Source of the DNA: Camelus ferus
Lineage: Eukaryota
DNA: 64,000 bases
Assembly: GCF_009834535.1 (NCBI RefSeq)
Contig: NC_045697.1
Span: 76,696,001-76,760,000, forward strand
Direction of reading: 5' to 3'
Part shown: positions 37,095 through 47,361 of the stretch, piece by piece
Layout: each line of letters begins with the position of its first letter
Position numbering within the stretch: the first letter of the stretch is position 1
Notes under the pieces: model-generated
Seen by the model: the letters and a program-made list of their open reading frames with translations, nothing else
The model's database searches: none
What the model was told of the DNA's origin: nothing
Translations under genes and position numbers: made by a program

Positions 37095-39293
37095 CTATGG
37101 ACACAGCACAGCACCAAAACAACACGACACAAAACGTCACACAGACATTCCACTGGCGGACAAACAAAACAAGCATGTACCTAATGCCACCCCATCCCGG
37201 CTCTAAGTCCTGCCTCGTTTGACACACCCTAAACAAAACCAGACGCATGAAGCCCCCAAGCCAAACGCATTCCTTTTAGGGAATGATCAGGCCGAGAACT
37301 CAGGTACATCGGGCTCCATGCATAGACCCTTAAGATTTCTGGACTCTTACAAACAAAATGTTAGTACAAAATGGAGATAACCGCAGACTCTGTTATAAAC
37401 ACAACACTGTAATTTCCCTCTCTTCAGATTCTGTTTACGACTCAGGACATACAATACATGTGTTAAATCTTTTTCTGGACAACAGTGAACAGAATTTTGC
37501 AGTCAGATCAGACGTATTCCTCAGAAGAAATGCAGTATGCCTCATAAAATAGAATTTTACCACCCACACATCAAAATTTCTCTCTCCAATCATGTGATGA
37601 TTCTCAGGTCTTTCCTGTTTCAGGAATTCCTGCAGAGGTGGCAGATGGAAACCTGTCTCTTATAACATGCGGATTCCATGTCAGAGGGATTTATGGTCAT
37701 ACTCTGCAGTAATCACTTGTGTCACATAACTTTTCTGAAAGAACTTGACAGTTCACACACCCCCTTGAAGCAGAAAAGTGGTTTAGAATTTCCTCACCGA
37801 GGAGAAAAGGGGAGAGATGGTACTTCCCCAGCTTGTACTAACTCATCCCCACAGGCATTATCAATCGCGTGGGTCAGAGAGAGAAATTTTGCCTGTGTTC
37901 TTTCTTTTCCAACAACGTGTGATTATCAGAGCCTTTTCTTCCCATTTTTTTCCCAAACTGAATACGTTTACCGTACAAAAAAACAAATAGCAACCACAGC
38001 AATACATGACCTCGAGTGTCTGCAGGCTTCCCTCCTGTGTTTTCTCCTCCTCGCTTTCCTTCCCCCTTTCCCTCTCAAATTTTGAGGATATATTTAGAAA
38101 AAGCCAGAAATTTTCTTGTCTTTAAATTTTATTAGTTCTAGTGTATTTTTCTCCCTTTTTGCCCCTTATTAGGGATATATTTTTCTTTTTAAGAGAGCCA
38201 AGAAAATTATGTTTGTAGTTGGAGGCACCTCTTCAGCCACAATGCCTTTGACTCTTGTTCTTTAGAGCTGGGACTTCTCAGGAGGCAAAGCTGAGGGAAT
38301 CTCAACCCTTTTGCCAAATCCTTTCTGATAAGGCTATGAAGAGGCCGGACAGTTTTGAGGTGACCTGTACCCTCTTTTTCTTCTCCCCAAGCAAAAGTGC
38401 CTTAAACATTGACTCTCCACCAATTCAGAAACGCTGCAAGTTGGAAAACAGATGTGTACAATTTGCTTTTGTTTTACTATGGAATATGAGTTTAAAATGT
38501 TATTAGATGGTGATGTGCCAGCATCTTTCCATCTGTGACTCATTAGCCCTATATTACACAGTCAGAATTTTATATATAAACCTCATATTTATGTAACAAA
38601 GAACAAAAACAGATACAAACAAGAAGTCTATGAGGGATCAGAATCTTGATTAGTGGCGATAAATCAGTGTCACTTGAAACAGGATTATCTAACAAAATCA
38701 TTTAAAAGTAAAAACCTTTTAACAGCACACATGGCAGGCCTTACAAAAGTTTTGCAATTTGCATGTATAAATAAGTCACTTCTCGTACTCATATCTGAGC
38801 ATGACCAGCTTGCTGTTTGATCATACCTTCTGAATGCTCACATACACATCCAAAAAACCCCATGAAGTTTAAGAATTTAGTTTGGCTTCCAGTGTTAATG
38901 AGACCTAAGGAGAGAAGTGGGTAGGTAATGCTCATCTCAGATAGATCTTTTTTCTCAAACAGAAAATCTCTGTTTGAGGAAGCTGATTTTATAGTCCTCA
39001 ATCATCTTAACTGTGGACATGTTACCAGTTAGGTGCTTAGAGAAACATTCTAAAGATTCATTAGTGAGCTAGCCAAAAAGACTTCAGGAGTTTACATGCA
39101 GCAAAGTAGAAAGAGGACAGCTGGACAAATTCTTCTAAATTCTAACAAAAATCCCATGGCCTGGGTGGCAATATCCTAAGACTCTGTGCTTTTTCAAACT
39201 AGGGTAATGTTTGAACAAGGGCATATGCCAGTGTCCTGGGGAGCGTTTAAACACAATAATAAATATGGTACCTCTTCCTTAAGAGTCCATTTT

Positions 39294-39380
39294 TTTTTCA
39301 ATAGAGGTCCTGGGGATTAAACCCAGGACCTTGTGCATGGTAAGCATGCGCCCTGCCACTGAGCTATACTCACCTCCCTG
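39294..39380 (-). mobile_element. tRNA-derived SINE, short form (camelid Vic-1-like)
   Basis: Reverse complement has A box tagctcagtgg, B-box-like ggtttaatccc and an A-tail. TSD gagtccatttt at 39283-39293 and 39381-39391. Confidence 0.92.
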
Positions 39381-40399
39381 GAGTCCATTTTAATTGATGA
39401 TACATAACTTGAAGCCTTTTTTTATATAAAGCAAACATTGGCATAACTTGGGGTAGAATGCAAAACTTGCACAAACCTTTAAAAATGTTACTGTTTGATG
39501 GTGGTGGAGAACCTCACCTCACAGGGGCTACCTCCAGATCGCACAGAGACACTGAACCGACTCTGCTCCCTGCAGGTGGTCTTTGGAGGGTAAGCTTGAA
39601 AAGCATCGGTGCTGAGAACTTGTCTGTGTGTCTAGGCTCTGCGTGGCCATAACTGCCAGGCTGCCCTCGCTGTTCACGCAGGGAGTGAGCTTTTTCATTA
39701 ACCATGCCATTTTTCCCAGTATCATTTGTCATAGTCCTTTCTAAATAAATGGAGTGGACATATTTCACTTGGTTTTACATCTCGGAAAACTTGCCTGGTA
39801 CACAGATGGTTCGAGTGGGTGTGGAAAAAAAAAATTGTCTCCAGAAAAACACGGAGACAGAGTCCAGGAATAAGCTATGTATGTATTTTCACCCCCAAAT
39901 ATTTTGAGTTCTTAAGAAACTGGATATACAAGAGGATAAAACTGCTTTATCCTTAGCATGAAGACCCAGATAACTTCACGATTCCTCCCCACATTCTGTG
40001 AAGTAGGTAACCATCCAGGACCAGTGTTTTAACATCATTACAGGAGGAACTCTATCTCCCTTCACTGCCTTTTGGAAGGAAAGATGCTGGCCTACCCCAA
40101 AGGGACATTGAACAAATAAATAATTCCTAAGAAATGCTTCTAACTACTTGGGACCATAAATTAAAGATGTTATCGTCATTTTTATTGTATACTCAGTAAT
40201 GATGAGTGTTATATGATTACATTATAGTGAGAAAATTTCATGTTTTGTCAAAAATATTCAATAGGGCACTGAGAGAGCCAGAAACTTAATCCAGGAGTTC
40301 TAATTCCAGACGTTGTCATCATGAAATTTATGTGTTTATAATTTCTTTCTATTTGTTTTATAGCTTAAACACTAGAAAGCTTAAAAATTGACTAACATA

Positions 40400-41200
40400 C
40401 AACAATATTTAAGAAGTATTTACTGAATGCCTTCTGTGCAGGCTTTACTGGGCCAGGCCCTGGGGATTGAACGGTGAGCTAGACCCCTAGCTCATAGGGT
40501 TTAACGTGTGGTGGGGAGAAGGTTAAAATAAGCAGGCAGTAACGATCATTAGTGACCCCATTATGCTGGAGAAGGGGAAGGGCTGCACAGAAATAAAGCA
40601 TGCACCTAGCGTGAGGTTCCAAGAGCCCTGGAAGACCCCCTAGCCGGGCGAACGAGGGGATGCGGGCCAGCACAGCAACAGTAGAACCAAAGAAAGACCA
40701 TTCAGGAAAAGGTTACAGTAGTCTAGCTGAGGGACCGTGTCCTAGAACTAGGGGAGGACAGATGCATAGTTTCCTGCGGTATTAAGGAGGTAGGATTCAT
40801 GGGACTTGCAGCTTGGCTGGGAACATAAGGGAGGAAGAGGAGCAGAGAGCAGTCCCAGGTTTCTAGCTTGAACAGTGGAAGGATGGTAGGGGAACACTAG
40901 TACGCAGGGGGCTTTCTGGGGGCAGGCGGGTGGTTTCAGATGATGAATTCAGTTAGCTTGCTGAATGTGAGGTGTTTATGGACAGCCAAGGGGCCACCGT
41001 TGGATATGCGTTTAAAAAGTCAAGAGAGAGGTGGGAGCCACAAATCACGGGGCCGCATGGAGTCACCTCGGGAGGCTGTAGAGAGAACAGACCTAGGAGG
41101 GGACCCCTGGAAAGACTCTGACTTAAGGGACTGAGCAGAGGAAGAGGCAACTACAAAAAGGGTTAATAAAAAGTGGCTGTAGAAACAGGAAGAATGCCAA
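40400..41200 (-). mobile_element. L2 (3' ~800 bp, degraded)
   Basis: aagtatttactgaatgccttctgtgcagg...ccaggtttctagcttgaac...gatgatgaattcagtt. Confidence 0.75.
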
Positions 41201-41664
41201 CTCTCCTCACAAAAATTCTACACAGGCGAATGACTCAAAATGTTAGACACATACTTGACTTCACTGTTTATTGCACCATTAATTGTGCTGAATAAATGTA
41301 CATAAATGACCCAGAGTAAGAAAGGGCAAACAATGGCCAATGTCACTGATAATGGATGCTCACTAATAAGCATGTGGGAGTGTCCCTGAGGTGGTAGAGG
41401 TCTGGAGGAAAAAATAAACAATCATTTTAATCACAAAGGTGGTTAAGGGGCCCCAACGGCAAATCGTATTGGAAGAAAAGATACGTGTTATGCTGAGAAA
41501 TAAGAATCCTGAGTTTCTCCATAATATAAACAGTATCATAATTCTGTTTGCCCAAAATATATCATGCATTGCAATACAGCCATTACAGTGAGTATGTGTG
41601 CAGCATAAATAAAGACGAATATTCCTAGAAGTTGATAAAATGATTTCTAACTAAGAGAGACCAG

Positions 41665-41709
41665 ATGGGGAAATATTCAAATAGAATGGGGAAATATTCA
41701 AATAGAATG
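41665..41709. repeat. Perfect 21-bp tandem duplication
   Basis: Two copies of atggggaaatattcaaataga, followed by atg. Confidence 0.92.
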
Positions 41710-42388
41710 CAAAAATATTTAGGTAAAAGAATAACTTTAGTTTAACAGCAGGAACTCTTAGAAGGCTAAATAAGGGGAAAAAATTAAGAGAAAGAGAAAG
41801 AAATTTGCTGCTAAATCATTCCATATTGCAGTAGATGGTATAATCTATCTGAATAGAAAAATCAACTGTAAGAAGCTAAATAGCTAAACGAATCCTTTGA
41901 ACAACCAAATAATATGAGCAGTGGAGCCTGTGAGAATCAGAATTTATAGCTGACTGAAAAATGCTGTCTTATGATGATTATGGAAGGAATAAACTCTCTA
42001 GTTAAATAAAATACTTGGCTCAAAAAGTTAATTTTTCTTTTTTATAGATACTTGAAAGTCCCATGCTGTTGTGTTCTATCATGAATGTTAACCCCAGTCA
42101 CTCCAGGAATTACCTTTTTATATGTAAATGATAAAGGTGAATTCATAAATAATTGCGGAGAGAAAGAGAACAATGCAATCTCTACAGAGACAAAGTCACG
42201 TCATTAAATACTATATCTACTGTAATGCTAAGGAAGCAAAGGCAAACTGCAAAGGACCCATGCTACAAATAAGCAGAAAGATGGTGGATAAACTCCACCG
42301 CTGACAAGTTAAAGAATTAGAAAAACTACATGAATTACACATACTGAGAAAGGCTCTCCCTGTTACATACGATCTAAGAAGGGATTCT

Positions 42389-42401
42389 GGGGGGGGGGGG
42401 G
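42389..42401. repeat. G13 homopolymer
   Basis: Read directly from the sequence. Confidence 0.9.
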
Positions 42402-42689
42402 TGTCAGGTTTCCTAAGGATGTACAGCTAAGAAATGCCAACAAAAGATGTGACCCCGAGAAAAGAAGTAGGATTCCTGGAGAAGTACTGCCCCAGCCTGA
42501 TGGAACCAGAGTAGTGTAGGTGTGGGATAGAAGGAAGAAAAATAAAACAACCTCGCAGTATGGGAGATTGTGCAAAAATAACATTATTTCAATTTTATGT
42601 ATATAGACTTTGCTATCTTTGGACCAGTCTTGTCTTAGGGTTTCTTAATAATAATGAGAAAACAAATAGTGATGATGATGGTACTGATA

Positions 42690-42900
42690 GTGGTCAACAG
42701 TCATATGACACTTACTATGTGCCTGGTATAGTTCCAAGAGCTTTATAAATGTTAACTCTTTTGATCCTGACAACAACTATTTGACAGATGAGGAATTGGA
42801 GGCACAAAGAGGTTATGGGTTTCACACACCTAACTGTAAGTAGCAGAGTCAAGATTCACAACCTGGCCATCTTCTCCGGAGTCCACCTTCTTAGCCATTA
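42690..42900 (-). mobile_element. MIR
   Basis: cacttactatgtgcctgg...gacagatgaggaattggaggcacaaagaggtta. Confidence 0.8.
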
Positions 42901-42939
42901 GGTTTTCCATAAATCCTTCATGGTCTCTGAATTTCATTC

Positions 42940-43970
42940 CTATTTATTCATTCACTTATTCAAGAAGAATTTATACTACTATAAGAATTTATGTTAACTA
43001 TAAAAAGGGAATATTTGGACATTGAGATCAGAAAGCCTTATCCCAGGCTTCATGGAGCTTAGACTATAACTGAGAAAGGCAGACATTAAACAAGCAATTA
43101 CAAATGTGACTGGGATCTCTTTTCATATACCTATCTATGCTTTTTCTCTCATACTCTTCCATTTCCTTTGCCTCTCAATCAAGCTCTTTGTTGGCCGTCT
43201 GCTATTGCCTCAGAAAAGGTATGAGACGGCAGGATGGAAAACAAAACTTGTTTGCTGACACAGCTAGAAACCAAAAATATCTAGGAAAGTATGTCCCCAA
43301 ACTGAAAGAGAGGAAAGAAATCTGTGGTCTCCAAGAGCAGAGGGAGCCTAAACCCTACTTTCCAGTAGCACCTTCCAGGAAGACAATATCTCAAAGAAGA
43401 AATGGCTATGTGACATGTCTAGAAGCACAGGATCAGGGGCAGCCTTACAAATGTGTTCTCAGTATGAAGTGTAGCACAGAAACAGCAGAGAGTTCCCCAT
43501 GTCCCAGAGATGCAGCAGTGACACACTGTCTCTGAAGGGCCATGCAGGTTAGCCAGGCCATGCTGCCTTCTCAGCAGCAAACTGTGTGGACTGGCAACAG
43601 AAGACCGGGTGCCTCTCTATTCCCACCTCCTGACCTTTTGATGCTACAAGACCCCAGGAATGTGAATCGATCCAAAAGGAGGAAGAAAGTGTGGAAATCC
43701 CAAGAAGACTGATGTTTGTTGTTTTGTCAGCTCAGAAGAATGGAGGTTTAGATTCAGAAGTCAAATTGCTATAGAAAATTAAATCATATTTCTTACTCAT
43801 CTGAGTTCTTGGACTGGGAATCATATTCCCAATGTGAACACGATGACTGTTAACAAGACAAAAGCTATGAGAGTGCACAGCAAGGAGACCTGACCGAGGT
43901 CAGCCGGTCCGGGAGGACTTCTCCAGGGAAGTGATGTTTAAGTGGAGACCTGCAGAACAAAGTAGCTGAT
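42940..43970 (-). mobile_element. L2 3' end (42940-43105, resuming about 43850-43970) split by a ~720-bp LTR-like insert
   Basis: L2 motifs on both sides: attcattcacttattcaa...catggagcttagac, and ggacttctccagggaagtgatgtttaagtggagacctg. The insert is bounded by aatgtga direct repeats. Confidence 0.6.
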
Positions 43971-44244
43971 AGTGCCTGCCAGTCTCAGACAGCATGACGC
44001 CTTCCTTCCTGACAGTATCATCAATGTGAATACTGGAACCAAAGAGAAAGTGTATTTTTCTTTTCCAAAGAAATGCTGAATCAAAACCTGTACACAAAGA
44101 TTGAGTCCTGTTCAAGGTGTGCCCTTGAGGTCTAGACCTTGTTCTCCACTTGGGGAAGGTTAGAATAAGGGCAATGGCAATGACTTTGGGGCGTGGGATT
44201 CCCATGGGAGGTTAGATTTATGAGATCAAGAGAGATTAACTAAG

Positions 44245-44805
44245 ACATTCACTCCTTCATCTAACTAACGACTCTTAAATACATACTATAATCCAAAAGG
44301 AGTGAAAGAAGCTGTAGGGGTTTAAACCTAGTGGGAGGAGAGGTTATCACATGAATAGCAATTCAAATGGAAAATAAATTAGTGCTGTATTTAGAGGTGC
44401 AGGCAGTATGCTTTTAAAGCACCTTCTGACTGGGGAAAGGAGCAAGGCTTCTATAAAGATGGGATGTGAGACGGGCAAGGAAGGAGGAAAAGGATGACAG
44501 TATCTGAGGTGGGATGTGGACTTGGGGGTCTCTGGAGGAAGGCATTCCAGTCTGAAGTGTAGTGAGCAAGGAGGTGGAAGGTATACGTGGAAATTGTTGG
44601 TAAGTTGAGCTGGGTTGGAGTGAAGCACATAGATTTTAGGGAAGAGCCTAGAAAAATTGATAGGGTATGGATGTGGGAGGTCTTCCAAGAAGCCTACAGG
44701 GGGAAGTAGTGGGAAACCATGAAGATGTTGACACAACGAAGGTGCCATGGAACGCCTGGGTGTGAGGACCACAACCCTGGCAAGACTATGAAGAACAGAT
44801 TAGAA
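44245..44805 (-). mobile_element. L2 fragment
   Basis: Purine-rich L2-like text: aaggcattccag...agtggggaaaccatgaagatgttg. Confidence 0.55.
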
Positions 44806-44813
44806 ATCAAGAT

Positions 44814-45164
44814 GTAGTCCATGATCCTTTATCTGCAATTCCAAAAGCCAAACACCCTGAAAATAAAATCTTTCTTCATAAGTTTCACTAAAGATTTTTC
44901 TAACTTAGGAGCAAATTCATTTGGTGGCAAACAACATATTTGAACAGATGTGAGGCTATTTATGGTCACTAATAATCCTTCTTAGTGTGGACATGCATGT
45001 GTTTCACTGAAGAAATTGATGGTTTGATTACAGGGTGCCTCAGGCCTCTCTAAGTCTGTCAGACAATACGTGGTGTATGAACAATATTAACTTTCTAATG
45101 CCTACACTCTAAATTCTGAAACATATTTGACTTTGAGGGTTTCAAGAAAAGATTGTAAGCTTGT
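44814..45164. mobile_element. Old TcMar-Tigger-type MITE (family uncertain)
   Basis: Degenerate terminal inverted repeats: tagtccatgatcctttatc ... gaaaagattgtaagcttg. Internal aattctgaaacatatttg...gagggtttc. Confidence 0.6.
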
Positions 45165-45547
45165 TCCAAAGTTGATGAGAAAGATCCCTTAAACAGAATT
45201 AAAAATTATAGAAAGAGTAGTAAGTTTTGAAGTTAAGGCAAGGAATTTTATTTTGAACAATGAAACTTGTTACTATAGGCCATGTGGCAAATGGCCTCTC
45301 TAAATACATGGTAATCTGAATTATACATTATAATTTATGGTAGTTTATAGTAGTTATAAATAAATTTCAATTCATGATTTCAATTTTATATATTAATCAG
45401 AACTAGCCTAATCAGCTATTATCAAGTGTCTTTTAATTAATTGCTTTAATGAATAAGCACCTTGTAATCAGCATATATGTTTTGCAAGTAAATGCAAAAA
45501 CAGACCCATGAAAATTTTGTTCTTTTAAGAAATTTAAAAACATCTAA

Positions 45548-45730
45548 GGGGGGAGGGTGTAGCTCAAGTGGTAAAGCACATGCTTAGCATGCATGAGGTT
45601 CTGGGTTCAATCCCCAGCACCTCCTCTAATAGTAAATAAATAAGGAAACCTAATTACCTCCACCCACCAAAAAAAAAAAAAAAAAAAAAAAGGAATGAGT
45701 GAATGAATAAATAAAATTCTTTAAAAAAAA
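45548..45730 (+). mobile_element. tRNA-derived SINE, long form (camelid Vic-1-like)
   Basis: ggggggagggtgtagctcaagtggtaaagcac...gggttcaatccccagcacctcc...aaacctaattacctcc, then an A-tract. A and B boxes are present. Confidence 0.93.
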
Positions 45731-47106
45731 TCTGTAAGTCTTGTTTAGTACATCAATTTGATTACTAAACCCTGCATAATACTTTGCTTAACAACCCCCC
45801 TTTAAAAAATAAATCATGCAAAAGCAAGCTTTAATTCCACCCATCTGATTTTCATGCAATTTGCATCTGAAATACAAATTCTGAATTTTGAAGCCCAAAC
45901 GAATAGTCTTTTAATTCTCCAGGAATCTTCCCTCAAAGATGGTACAGTATCATGATAACATACAATACAATAATATTTTGCACCTATACTTCTATAAAAC
46001 CAAGGGTGCTTTCTAGTTGAGGCTGCCAGGTCAAGGGCTTACCTCACTTTGAATATACTCTACTCATTTTCTGGAAGGAAAGAGTCTACATCTGGGTGAG
46101 GAGGCACAGTAGGAACAGGAAAGAATAGCACGAAGCAAACAGGGGATTCATTTGCTGACAAGGGCACCATATACTGAAGGGGAAATCGGCATTTGTCCTG
46201 TGACATAAGCTCAACTTTTTTGCCTTCTTCATTCTGGGAGAAAAGTGGAAGTACCCTGGCATTCCCTAGAGACCCTTTTTAGTGTTTGGGTTAATGGATA
46301 TTTGCTAAACTTCCTTTGTATGATATTAAATTGAGTTGACTCTAAAATTCCTTGGGCATGCTCCCTGGTTGTTAGCCTCCCTTCTCCTTCTACAGAAGAG
46401 GCAGGTGGCTGGAAGCCAGCCTATAAAGAGCTGGTGAGAGTCCCCTTGGCCTCACCTATAACAAGTGCACAGTGATCCTTGTATTTCCTAATCTACCTCT
46501 GAAGTTCACCCTCCCCCATAAATAAACTTGATCCCATAGGAAACACCTGATAGCCCTCTGGGACAATGGAAGTCTTCAAAAATGAACTTTGCAACAAAAG
46601 ATAAAGGAGTGTTCGGAAGAGTTCACCAGAGAGTAATGTTACTTGGAGTAGTACCACTCCAGGTACCTTCCTCCACTGGTTAACTGGTTCTATTCTCTAA
46701 TGCCCCCCTTTAGTCCATATGCTAAATTTTAATGTTTTCCCAGCGTCTGTTCAACTACACAAAACTAAAACAGCCTGTGGCTTGACAGCATCCCTGAAAT
46801 TTTGCATGTTTTCACATGAAACTAAAATATTGATTGCAATTTAGGACACGTTTGAATGCCGTATAATTATCTTTATGTTTTATGTCATTTGTTGCATATG
46901 GAGTGAACTCAAATGGTGACAAGGACCAGGCAGATAACATAAATAAGGGAGCAGGTTTAAGACAAAAGGAAGTGGGGAGATTTGGCTGAATAGGATTCAA
47001 GCTGGGGCTAAACGAAAACAAGGACTCGATTTATTTGGCCACAGGAGAGAGCCTATCTGGTACTGCTACATCTTCACAAGCTTCAAGAGAAGCCAGAAAT
47101 CTGAGG

Positions 47107-47132
47107 GTTTTGTTTTGTTTTGTTTTGTTTTG

Positions 47133-47163
<31 letters not shown>
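47107..47163. repeat. (GTTTT)n microsatellite
   Basis: About 11 perfect units. Confidence 0.95.
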
Positions 47164-47166
<3 letters not shown>

Positions 47167-47214
47167 TGACTGCTTCATATTTTAAACATTTGCTACCAAT
47201 TCAAATTTACTTTA

Positions 47215-47361
47215 TTTTTTTTTATTTTTTGGCAGAATTTTTTATTTTTGGGGAATTAGGTTTATTCATTTATTTATTCTTAGAGGAGGTACTGGGGATT
47301 GAACCCAGGACCTCATGCATGCTCGGCATGAGCTCTACTACTTGATCTATGCCCTCCCCCC
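47215..47361 (-). mobile_element. tRNA-derived SINE, long form (camelid Vic-1-like)
   Basis: ggaggtactggggattgaacccaggacctcatgcatgct...ccctccccccc, with a perfect 15-bp TSD ttcaaatttacttta (47200-47214, 47362-47376). Confidence 0.95.

Noticed and set aside
37308..37330. Possible 21-nt microexon GLCMEPD after the TACTAAC motif
   Set aside because: The donor GAT|gtacct is very weak and several AGs intervene after the branch motif.
45548..45625. tRNA-like sequence with A and B boxes
   Set aside because: It is the head of a SINE with an A-rich tail, and related copies in the window have clear TSDs. It is not a tRNA gene.
46250..46280. Collagen-like GGT CTC TAG GGA ATG CCA GGG on the minus strand
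   Set aside because: It has an in-frame TAG, a purine-rich acceptor (taaaaag) and no in-phase donor, so it is most likely chance.
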